A stretch of 64,000 nt of DNA, taken from assembly GCA_002269645.1 (NCBI GenBank), contig NIVC01001776.1:124001-188000 (forward strand), written 5' to 3'. Source of the DNA: Macrostomum lignano. Its lineage: Eukaryota. Both the position numbers and the translations under genes were made by a program. The notes beneath the pieces are model-generated. The model made no database searches, was not told where the DNA came from, and saw only the letters and a list, made by a program, of their open reading frames with translations. Positions 19,331-31,000 of the stretch are shown in pieces; the stretch's first letter is position 1, and the number at the start of each line of letters is the position of its first letter.

Positions 19331-21250
19331 ATGAAGCTAAAAAAACTGATTCCCCGGTGCGGCCCCGGTGCCGCTGATGGCGAGCAGAAACAATTGGAAG
19401 ATGCGCACGAGTCGGATTCAGCCCGCACCGCACGCAAAGCCATGGGGCTGCTCTACGCGGGGCAGTTCTCCCGTTTTGCCGACGCGCTGCAGCAAAATGC
19501 TGAGCTGCTCCGCCACAGTGGATGCAAGTTCTGTGACTACCTGGTCGCCGATGGCAACGCAAACGACTGTCCAAAGCTGTCGCCGTTCTGCCTCGTGCTG
19601 CTCAGTCGGGACGACGAGCTGGCCAGCCGAGCCGTCGAGCTGGTCGACAGCCTCGGTCTGTGGGACCGCGTCCGCTGCGCCCTGTTCCTCCTGGTGGACT
19701 TTTGCTGCTCGAGTCAGGCCTGCTCCGCTGACGAGGCGCAGCTCGCTCGGTTCTTCGTCAGACTGTCGCGCCGGCATCCGGACCCGTGCGCTCGGCTGCT
19801 GAGCGAGGAGCCGACGGCCGACTGCCTGACACCGCTGGAGTACGCGGCGGCCAGGGACTGCTTTCACCTGGCGACAGCGTTCGCCAATGCGCCCGGATAC
19901 CTGATCAGAGAGCGGGAGCATCCGACCGACCCGAGCCTGCTGGTCGAGGAGGTCGACCTCAGCCTCTACTCCAGCGACGGGGACCGCTTTCTCAAGTCAC
20001 CGTTCCTGCAGTTTCTGAAGTCTTCGCAGACTGCGGTTGGGGGAGTTATTCCAGCGAAGTTGATCTGTTTCTATCACAGCCCGGTTGCGCAGGCCTATTT
20101 TCTCAGCGTTGCCCACCTGAAACAGACCTTGCCGGTGGCCTTCATAAGTCTGTTCATCTACATTTTGATTTACTTTTCACTGTTGAGCACGATGACAGTT
20201 CGAATTTTCACGGCGGGCACATTCAACTCCAGCGTGCAGGTGTTCATTCCGAGCGGCGGGAACTCGAACCAGTCCTACCTGCAGGGCATCTCACCGTCTG
20301 TTGTCGCCGCTTTCAAATACGTGTTCTACGTGCGAGTCGCGTTCCAAATCTTCTTCTTGCTAATCTGGCTCTCTTGGATCGTAGCCCGCGTTGTTGATGC
20401 GCACTTTCAGCTCCAGGTAATGCGAACTCGGTCCAAGTTTCTAACCTGGCTTGCAGATGCCGTCTCGATGCGAGGTTGTCTGGTGATGGAATTCTTTGGG
20501 ATTCTGTTCAACATGCTGCAGGTTTGTATGATTTTCATGGAGCTTTACATCTTCAGCGATTCCGGCAGCTACTTTAAGCAAGATGGACGCCTGTTTGTCG
20601 AAGCGACTCGTCTTCAAGTCGCAGTAGCCTTGAACTACTACTTTACTTGCATGTTGGAACTTTTCTTTGTATCCAACATGGCCGGTCACTACCAAGTGTT
20701 CCTAAACTTACTTTTTTGCATGAGTGTGTCCATGAAGCTGGTGCTCTTAACTGTTGTGCCAGTAACTCTGGTTTGCTCAACGTTGCTTCTCAGCCAGCCT
20801 TTTATCGAGTGCTCCAACTACTCACTGGTCTGCGTCATAGAGTACCTTGGCCGGTCTTTCCGCTACGCATTCAGCTTTGCTAGCTTTCCCGGCATCGGCG
20901 ACTACGTTGCGCTGTGGCCGCAGGTCATAGTGTTCCTGCTCGTGGCCGTGTTCATCCTGAACTTCGGCATCGCCCTACTGACCCAGCAGATCAGCGTGCT
21001 GCACGAGAACTTCGAACTCCGCCGAGACATAGTGGGAACTGTGTGGTCGCAGCAGTACGCCACGCTGGGCTTTCTGCTGCGCAGACGCTTTCGGACTAGG
21101 AGGCAGAAGCCTGTGCTGCTGAGCAGAGCGCTGCCCCGGTTCGGGACCGAGTGCGGCAAAACCGATGGTCACTGTGGTGCCACCACCTGTTGCATACAGA
21201 ACTGTTTGAGGCACGCGTTTAAAAAAGTTGCTACCAACTGTGAACTTTGA
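19331..21250 (+). CDS. Divergent TRP channel (TRPV-like), 639 aa, single exon
   Basis: Ankyrin-like LTPLEYAAARDCFHLA, EVDLSLY linker, multiple hydrophobic segments, pore-like FASFPGIGDY (cf. TRPV GMGD), S6 FILNFGIALL (cf. LNMLIA), TRP-box-like VWSQQYAT. Confidence 0.78.
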   Translation: MKLKKLIPRCGPGAADGEQKQLEDAHESDSARTARKAMGLLYAGQFSRFADALQQNAELLRHSGCKFCDYLVADGNANDCPKLSPFCLVLLSRDDELASRAVELVDSLGLWDRVRCALFLLVDFCCSSQACSADEAQLARFFVRLSRRHPDPCARLLSEEPTADCLTPLEYAAARDCFHLATAFANAPGYLIREREHPTDPSLLVEEVDLSLYSSDGDRFLKSPFLQFLKSSQTAVGGVIPAKLICFYHSPVAQAYFLSVAHLKQTLPVAFISLFIYILIYFSLLSTMTVRIFTAGTFNSSVQVFIPSGGNSNQSYLQGISPSVVAAFKYVFYVRVAFQIFFLLIWLSWIVARVVDAHFQLQVMRTRSKFLTWLADAVSMRGCLVMEFFGILFNMLQVCMIFMELYIFSDSGSYFKQDGRLFVEATRLQVAVALNYYFTCMLELFFVSNMAGHYQVFLNLLFCMSVSMKLVLLTVVPVTLVCSTLLLSQPFIECSNYSLVCVIEYLGRSFRYAFSFASFPGIGDYVALWPQVIVFLLVAVFILNFGIALLTQQISVLHENFELRRDIVGTVWSQQYATLGFLLRRRFRTRRQKPVLLSRALPRFGTECGKTDGHCGATTCCIQNCLRHAFKKVATNCEL

Positions 21251-22097
21251 GCTAGACTTTTGACTAGAACCATCGGGATATTCCAGCATGAGAATATGTA
21301 CTCCCACTCCCGTTGGGTCCTAGAGTAAACGCCGTGGTAAAATTCACACAAGGCGACGCCAAAGATGGTTCCCGTTGACGAGGTCGTCGTAGGCACGAAA
21401 GTTGTTTTGGGTGGTTGTCGTTGCTGGTGAACTTGTCGGCTTGATTGTTTGTTTGATTGCTGGTTGTTGGTTGTTGGCGCAGTCGTTGTTACGTCATTGA
21501 AACCAGTCTTTGCTTGATCTAGCAACACGCAAATAGTACAAGTTATCAATACTTTGTAATTTATTTTACATCAGTCGCATGATTCGATGGCTCAATCGAT
21601 AGCGGTACATAAAATTAAATTGTATATAAAATTTAATGAGCCCACACATTTGATTTTAATCTCATGATCTATTTACAAATTTACTGTTTAAAACTTCGGT
21701 AACATCTTGAGTAAACCACTAATTAGAGCCGTGTTTGGGCAATTTAAAATAAATAAATATTGAAGTGTTTATACTTTATTTAAATTTTTCCGACGATTTC
21801 ACCTGCTACATAGTATCAATAACAGACCGTTTAAGGAAGCATAAATTAATTTGAAAAGTATCGGGCTGTACAAACGGTTCACTCTGTCCTCATGATGCTG
21901 AACAACAAATAAAAAACATAATGAGCAATGGGGCAAGTCCCTCAATTAAGGCAGCATCTCTTCATCAAATTGTCCACCAAGGCAAGACACGCACTGAAGT
22001 TAAATGAAATTTTAAAAAATGATATAAATTTGGACAGTTTATCGCAAAATATACCATGTTACATGTTGATACATGTTTGAAAAAACGAAGCAACGCT

Positions 22098-25000
22098 TTA
22101 TGAAAAACAAGCTGCTAGGAGTACAGTGAGTGAAGGCAACAGCAGGGACAGCGCTAGGCTACATCTGCATTGGGAAGCTTCTCGAGGCCAGATGACGTTG
22201 TTCGTTGTTGTTGTCAGAGTTGTTGGCGTCGTTATCGTCGGAGTGGTTGTTGTTGAAGTGGTTGTTGTGGGGTTGGTTGTTGTTGGACTGGTTGTTGTTG
22301 AAGTGGTCGTTGTTGGAGTGGTTTTTGTCGGAGCGAGCGTTGTTGGAGTGGTTGTTGTTGGAGTGGTTGTTGTTGGCGTGGTTGTTGTTGGCGTGGTTGT
22401 TGTTGGCGTGGTTGGTGTTGGAGTGGTTGTTGTTGGCGTGGTTGTTGTTGGCGTGGTTGTTGTTGGCGTGGTTGTTATTGGCGTGGTTGTTGTTGGCGTG
22501 GTTGTTGTTGGAGCGAGAGTTGTTGGAGTGGTTGTTGTTGGAGCGAGAGTTGTTGGAGTGGTTGTTGTTGGAGCGAGAGTTGTTGGAGTGGTTGTTGTTG
22601 GAGTGGATGTTGTTGGAGCGAGCGATGTTGGAGTGGTTGTTGTTTGCGAGGTTGTTGTTGGTGTGGTTGTTGTTGGCGTGGTTGTTATTGGCGTGGTTGT
22701 TGTTGGAGTGGTTGTTGTTGGAGCGAGAGTTGTTGGAGTGGTTGTTGTTGGAGTGGATGTTGTTGGAGCGAGCGATGTTGGAGTGGTTGTTGTTTGCAAG
22801 GTTGTTGTTGGTGTGGTTGTTATTGGCGTGGCTGTTGTTGGCGTGGTTGTTGTTGGAGCGAGAGTTGTTGGAGTGGTTGTTGTTGGAGTGGTTGGTGTTG
22901 GAGTGGTTGGTGTTGGAGCGAGAGTTGTTGGAGTGGTTGTTGTTGGAGCGAGCGATGTTGGAGTGGTTGTTGTTGGCGTGGATGTTGTTGGCGTGGATGT
23001 TGTCGGAGCGAGCGTTGTTGGAGTGGTTGTTGTTGGCGTGGTTGTTGTCGGAGCGAGAGTTGTTGGCGTGGTTGTTGTCGGAGCGAGCGTTGTTGGCGTG
23101 GTTGTTGTCGGAGCGAGAGTTGTTGGCGTGGTTGTTGTTGGAGTTGTTGTTGTTGGCGTGGTTGTTGTTGATGTCGAAGTCGCAGGAACTGCAATTAAAA
23201 CAATGTTATAATCCGCTGTTGAGTAAACTCGCGGCAGAGAACAAATACTCAGTCAATAGAATTACACTAGCAGTTAAAAAAACTCACAAGGCGGATGGTT
23301 GGTCATTGAGCCGCCCGTTCCAGCCTGCAGGCAGTTCGGCGGAGCGAAGCCGGGACTGCAGAAGCACTGGCCGCTCTGCGTGCACCAGCCGTTGCCATTG
23401 CAGTTCGGGCAGCGCGTGGTGTTGATGGCCACGCACTGGGAGTCGACGCACATCTGGAAAATAGTTGCGAGTTGGGAATTGAAATATCAGAACTCAGTCA
23501 AGCCCTTCCCGCTGACCCCCCCCCCCGAGAAAGGGCACGAAAATCGGTACTGGGGCTCATGTGATTCACGCCTGAAATATTTCAGCCCCGAAGCAACCCG
23601 GCTAAGTGCGAAAAATTTAATAAGTGCACTCTATTAAATACCGGAGCACCCACCCGTCCGGTTCCGCATTCGGCGCCATTGGGAACGAGCCCAGGGTCCC
23701 GGTAGCCGGAGCTGCGCAAGTCCAGCTGCATAAAAGCGGCGATCACGTTAGTGGAGTTCACGCTGCCCTCGAACACCTTGGCGTCGGCGAGGTTGGCGCC
23801 TTGCCACACCGGAATTGGGTCGCCTGAGGCGATATTTGACGTGCAATACAGCAATCCGCAGCGTTGGTTTCTGGGGGGACGGAGCAGTTTGAGTTGGTCA
23901 TTTCACGGAGAAGTTGAATTAAGGATTAATAAAATGGGATTTAGGATAGACGAATAGGATTAATAAAAATAATATACCAATTGGGATTGATGATTCTGGG
24001 TTTCAGATTGATGATTCTGGGGTTTGGGATGGATGATTCTGGGGTTTGGGATGGATGATTCTGGGGTTTGGGATTGATGATTCTGGGGTTTGGGATTGAT
24101 GATTCTGGGGTTTGGGATTGATGATTCTGGGGTTTGGGATTGATGATTCTGGGGTTTGGGATTGATGATTCTGGGGTTTGGGATTGATGATTCTGGGGTT
24201 TGGGATTGATGACTCTGTGGTTTAGGATGGATGATTCTGGGGTTTGGGATTGATGATTCTGTGGTTTAGGATAGATGATTCTGGGGTTTGGGATTGATGA
24301 TTCTGTGGTTTAGGATGGATGATTCTGGGGTTTGGGATTGATGATTCTGGGGTTTGGGATTGATGATTCTGTGGTTTAGGATGGATGATTCTGGGGTTTG
24401 GGATTGATGATTCTGTGGTTTAGGATGGATGATTCTGGGGTTTGGGATTGATGATTCTGGGGTTTGGGATTGATGATTTTGGGGTTTGGGATTGATGATT
24501 CTGGGGTTTGGGATTGATGATTCTGTGGTTTAGGATGGATGATTCTGGGGTTTGGGATTGATGATTCTGGGGTTTGGGATTGATGATTTTGGGGTTTGGG
24601 ATTGATGATTCCGGGGTTTGGGATTGATGATTTTGGGATTTTGAGTTGATGAATTTGGGATTTGCCACCTCCCCATCTCGATCCCTAGCTCACTCGGGAC
24701 TGCAGCCGGTGTAGTTGTACGCGAGCGGGCTGATTCCGGTCATGCTGTAGTCGCAGTAGCCCAGCTGCGATGCCTGGGTGGTGGCCTCGGAATAAAAGGC
24801 GGGGGCGGCCCAAAAATCCGAGGCGTTGAACATCACGGAGCAGCGGGTGTTGCGGTCCGAGCACCGGCCGTTGAAGCAGTAGGCCTTGAGGGTCAGTGGG
24901 TCAACTGCGGTTCTTGAGTCAAAGGCCCATGATTCAGAGGGTCACAGATTTGTTTACTGATTAACCATAGGGTTACGGAATTATTGAGTCAATGGGTCAT

Positions 25001-28000
25001 TGGATCAACAGGCCAATGAGTCAATGGGTCAATGGGTCAATAGGTCATTGGGTCAATGGTTTATTGGGTCAATAAGTCATTGGTTCAGTAAGTCATTGGG
25101 TCATTGGGTCAATAAGTCATTGGTTCAGTAAGTCATTGGGTCATTGGGTCAATAAGTAATTGGGTCAATAAGTCATTGGTTCATTTGGTCAATGTTTCAT
25201 TGGGTCATTGGATCATTGGGTCAATGGGTCAATGGGTCAGTGGGTCATTGGGTCAATGTTTCATTGGGTCATTGGATCATTGGGTCAATGGGTCAATGGG
25301 TCAGTGGGTCATTGGGTCAATGTTTCATTGGGTCATTGGATCATTGGGTCAATGGGTCAATGGGTCAGTGGGTCATTGGGTCATTGGGTCATTGGGTCAT
25401 TGGTCAATGGGTCATTGGTCAATGGGTCAATGGGTCAATGGGTCATTGGATCATTGGATCAGTGGGTCATTGGGTCAATAAGTCATTGGGTCAATGGGTC
25501 ATTGGTTCAATAAGTCATTGGGTCATTGGGTCAATAAGTCTTTGGGTCATTGGGTCAATGGGTCAGTGGGTCATTGGGTCATTGGGTCATTGGGTCAATA
25601 GGTCAGTGGGTCATTGAGTCATTTGGTCATTGGTCCCAATATCTCCTCACCTGTCCGCTGAGGCACTCTGATCCGTCAATCATGAAGTCATCAAATTCCG
25701 GGCACCATTCGCTGGTCCCGTTACAGTACTCCTCAAGGTCGCAGGCTCGCTTCCTTGGCCGACATACGACGCCCTGCGACTTCAGGCTGCAGGTGGTGAG
25801 GTTGCAGCACTGGCCTGAGGCGCAGGCGGCCCCGCTGGCCAATTTGCAGGTGCTTGGGTTGCAACAGGTGTTGTTGCACCACTGCGGAGCGTGAGATGAG
25901 CTATGAAATTTCATCATACACATACAATATCCTTATCCTACGATATCCCATTCGTATTATATCCCTATCCTACGATATCCCATTCCTGTAATATCCCTAC
26001 CCTACAATATCCCTACCCTACAATATCCCTATCCTACAATATCCCTATCCTACGATATCCCATTCCTATAATATCCCTATCCTACAATATCCCTATCCTA
26101 TAATATCCCTATCCTACAATATCCCTATCCTACAATATCCCTATCCTACAATATCCCAATCCTACAATATCCCTATCCTACAATATCCCTATCCTACAAT
26201 ATCCCTATCCTACAATTCCCTATCCTACAATATCTCTATCCTACAATATCCCTATCCTACAATTCCCTATCCTACAATATCCCTATCCTACAATATCCCT
26301 ATCCTACAATTCCCTATCCTACAATATCTCTATCCTACAATATCCCTATCCTACAATATCCCTATCCTACAATTCCCTATCCTACAATATCTCTATCCTA
26401 CAATATCCCTATCCTACAATATCCCTATCCTACAATTCCCTATCCTACAATATCTCTATCCTACAATATCCCTATCCTACAATTCCCTATCCTACAATAT
26501 CTCTATCCTACAATATCCCTATCCTACAATATCCCTATCCTACAACATCCCTATCCTACAGCATACCTCCCTACAATATCCTTATACACCCTGATTCCCA
26601 CCCGCTGCACCTGAGGCGGTCCGCAGTCGCAGTCCTCCCCGGGCTCGACAATCCGGTTGCCGCACGAGCTCCTGGTGGCGGCCAGGTTCGCCACCGAAGG
26701 CGGGTCGGACATGCAGTATCCGAGCCCGTTGTCCACGCTGAAGTCCTGGTAGCGGAACACGGAGCAGTTGGAGAATCGCATCGGGTTAATCCTGGGATTT
26801 GATTGGACAGGCGACACGCGAGTTAAATCTGCGTTCGTGTACTGAAAATCACGTGCTGGGTCAAGGGGTGCTGAGTCAATGGGTGCTGGGTCAAGAGTTG
26901 CTGGGTCAAGGGGTGCTGGGTCAAGGAGTGCTGGGTCAAGGAGTGCTGGGTCAAGGGTCGCTGTGTCAAGGGCTGCTGGGTCAAGGGGTGCTGGATCAAG
27001 GGGTGCTGGGTCAAGGGGTGCTGGATCAAGGGGTGCTGGGTCAAGGTGTGCTGGATCAAGGGGTGCTGGGTCAAGGGGTCGCTAGGTCAATAATCAAAGA
27101 TAAAAATGTTGGGTCAAGGGGTCGCTGGGTCAATAATCCTAGATAAAGGTGCTGGTTCAATAATCCTAGATGAAGATGCTGGGTCAAGGGGTCGCTGGAT
27201 CAATAATCCTAGATGAAGATGCTGGGTCAAGGGGTCGCTAGGTCAAGGGGTCGCTGGATCAATAATCCTAGATGAAGATGCTGGGTCAAGGGGCTGCTGG
27301 GTCAATAATCCTAGATGAAGATGCTGGGTCAAGGGGCTGCTGGGTCAATAATCCTAGATGAAGATGCTGGGTCAAGGGGCTGCTGGGTTAATAATCCTAG
27401 ATGAAGATGCTGGGTCAGGATGTTGAATCGCAGGGCTACTCATGACTGCGGCTCACTCGGTGCCCACAGCGGCCATGATGCAGCCCTGTCTGTCCGGGCA
27501 GTGGCAGCCTCTTTCGTCCTCGTCGTGGTTCATGCCGAGGTTGTGCCCGAGTTCGTGGGCCACCGTGATGGCCACCCCGATTGCGTTGGCGTCCCGGTCC
27601 TGCGAGGAGGGAGTTTGGCCGTTTTGATTTCGGTTTTCAAAATATTTAACAGTTTCATGAGATATCTATGGGATTTGTCTTATATCTATGAGACTTGCCT
27701 ATATGCATTGAGACTCGGGAAGCTATGAGATTCGCCTAAAAACGAGAATGTCTCACCGAATTGACTCCGCCACCGAAAGCGGAGCTGCACAGCTTGCCCA
27801 GGTGCGCCAAGCCGACATCCGAGCCGGTCATTTTCAGTCCGCTAAAAAAGTTTTTTTGCGTTTAAACAAACTTTCTTGATGAAGGCTGGGTGTCATCTTT
27901 AGGATACAATTGACAGAATGGGACAGTATTGAGCATTTTCTTTTTAGGGCGCCTTGTATTTAAATGAAGGGCGCCGTTTCTACTGTAAGGATGGCGCTAA

Positions 28001-31000
28001 AGCTACTGTAAGGATGGCGCCAAAGCTACTGCAAGGATGGCGCCAAAGCTACTGTAAGGGTGGCGCTAAAGCTACTGTAAGGGTGGCGCCAAAGCTACTG
28101 TAAGGATGGCGCCAAAGCTACTGCAAGGTGGCGCCAAAGCTACTGTAAGGGTGGCGCCAAAGCTACTGTAAGGGTGGCGCCAAAGCTACTGTAAGGATGG
28201 CGCTAAAGCTACTGTAAGGATGGCGCCAAAGCTACTGCAAGGTGGCGCCAAAGCTACTGTATGGGTGGCGCCAAAGCTACTGTAAGGGTGGCGCCAAAGC
28301 TACTGTAAGGATGGCGCTAAAGCTACTGTAAGGGTGGCGCTAAAGCTACTGTAAGGATGGCGCCAAAGCTACTGCAAGGTGGCGCCAAAGCTACTGTAAG
28401 GGTGGCGCCAAAGCTACTGTAAGGATGGCGCTAAAGCTACTGTAAGGGTGGCGCCAAAGCTACTGTAAGGATGGCGCCAAAGCTACTGTAAGGGTGGCGC
28501 CAAAGCTACTGTAAGGATGGCGCCAAAGCTACTGTAAGGGTGGTGCTAAAGCTACTGTAAGGATGGCGCCAAAGATACTGTAAGGGTGGCGCCAAAGCTA
28601 CTGTAAGGATGGCGCCAAAGCTACTGTAAGGGTGGCGCCAAAGCTACTGTAAGGATGGCGCCAAAGCTACTGTAAGGGTGGTGCTAAAGCTACTGTAAGG
28701 ATGGCGCCAAAGATACTGTAAGGATGGCGCCAAAGCTACTGTAAGGATGGCGCCAAAGCTACTGTACGGTGGCGCAAAAGCTACTGTAAGGATGGCGCCA
28801 AAGCTACTGTAAGGATGGCGCCAAAGCTACTGTAAGGTGGCGCTAAAGCTACTGTAGGGATGGCGCCAAAGCTACTGTAAGGATGGCGCCAAAGATACTG
28901 TAAGGATGGCGCCAAAGCTAGTGTAAGGATGGCGCCAAAGCTACTGTAAGGATGGCGCCAAAGCTACTGTAAGGTGGCGCTAAAGCTACTGTAAGGATGG
29001 CGCCAAAGCTACTGTAAGGATGGCGCCAAAGCTACTGTAAGGTGGCGCTAAAGCTACTGTAAGGATGGCGCCAAAGCTACTGTAAGGATGGCGCCAAAGC
29101 TACTGTAAGGTGGCGCTAAAGCTACTGTAAGGATGGCGCCAAAGCTACTGTAAGGATGGCGCCAAAGATACTGTAAGGATGGCGCCAAAGCTACTGTAAG
29201 GATGGCGCCAAAGCTACTGTAAGGTGGCGCTAAAGCTACTGTAAGGATGGCGCCAAAGCTACTGTAAGGATGGCGCCAAAGATACTGTAAGGATGGCGCC
29301 AAAGCTAGTGTAAGGATGGCGCCAAAGCTACTGTAAGGATGGCGCCAAAGCTACTGTAAGGTGGCGCTAAAGCTACTGTAAGGATGGCGCCAAAGCTACT
29401 GTAAGGATGGCGCCAAAGCTACTGTAAGGTGGCGCTAAAGCTACTGTAAGGATGGCGCTAAAGCTACTGTAAGGATGGCGCTAAAGTTACTGTAAGGATG
29501 GCGCTAAAGTTACTGCCTTTCTACCTGACAAGATGAGCGGCGCTGTGCGGCCGCGAGTTCAGATGGTGCATCTTGTAGTTCATGAAGTTGTCCAGCATCT
29601 CGGTGGAGTTCACCCCGGCAGGACTGCTGGCCGTGCTGGTGACATACGGGTCCGTCCGCCACACCTCAGTGTACACCGTGACGACGTTCACGCCGATTTG
29701 CTTGTAGAACTGCGCGAGTGGTGCGAGGGTTTGGGTAAGATTTTTTGGGGAAGACAGAGGGGGAGACAGAGGGGGAGACAGAGCGGGAGACAGAGAGGGA
29801 GACAGAGGGGGAGACAGAGAGGGAGACAGAGGGGGAGACAGAGAGGAGACAGAGGGGAGACAGAGGGGGAGACAGAGCGGGAGACAGAGGGGGAGACAGA
29901 GGGGGAGACAGAGCGGGAGACAGAGAGGGAGACAGAGGGGGAGACAAAGGGGGAGACGGAGGGGGAGACGGAGGGGGAGACAAAGGGGGAGACAGAGGGG
30001 AGACAGAGGGGGAGACAAAGGGGGAGACAGAGGGGGAGACAGAGGGGGAGACAGAGGGGGAGACAGAGGGGAAGACAGAGGGGAAGACAGAGGGGAAGAC
30101 AGAGCGGGAGACAGAGGGGAGACAGAGGGGGAGACAGAGCGGGAGACAGAGAGGGAGACAGAGGGGGAGACAAAGGGGGAGACGGAGGGGGAGACAGAGG
30201 GGAGACAAAGGGGGAGACAAAGGGGGAGACAGAGCGGGAGACAGAGGGGAGACAGAGGGGGAGACAGAGGGGGAGACAGAGGGGAGACAGAGGGGGAGAC
30301 AAAGGGGGAGACAGAGGGGGAGACAGAGGGGGAGACAGAGGGGGAGACAGAGGGGGAGACAGAGGGGGAGACAAGGGGGAGAGAGAGGGGAGACAGAGGG
30401 GAGACAGAGGGGGAGACCGAGGGGAGACAGAGGGGAGACAGAGGGGAGACAGAGGGGGAGACAGAGGGGGGACAGAGGGGGAGACAGAGGGGGAGACAGA
30501 GAGGGAGACAGAGGGAAGACAGAGGGGAGACAGAGGGAGAGACAGAGGGGGAGACAGAGGTAGGCAAAAGAGAGGAAGCCAGAAGAAGGGATTAGAAGCA
30601 AAAGCCGTAAATCAAAGGCTCACGCGGATGCTTACGCAGACACACACACACACACACTTGCAAGGGTGTACAGCGGCATTGACTTTCACATCGATAAGCA
30701 GTGGGCGCACTCTGAACTCCAAGAATCCAGGGAAAGACAATTTGCTCACAGCATTGACATAGTTGCCGATCTCCCACAGCCGGCTCACAGCGGCGGCCGA
30801 ATCGTTGCCCTGCTGCGAGTACTGAAATCGGCAGGTTGATTTCATAACTACCCCCTTGCCAACTAAAACTCAAAAAATGAAAAAGTGCAAGTACTCATAA
30901 ATGCATCGATCCGCTTACAAAGTACTGATCTCCAACCAGGATAAGTCTGATGTACTTTCGATCCGTCTCCGCGGCGCCGGAGTTCGTGTCCAGCAGCACC

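Noticed and set aside
22126-23425. Val-rich and Leu/Trp-rich plus-strand ORFs
   Set aside because: Antisense shadows of the ADAM Thr/Pro repeat exon.
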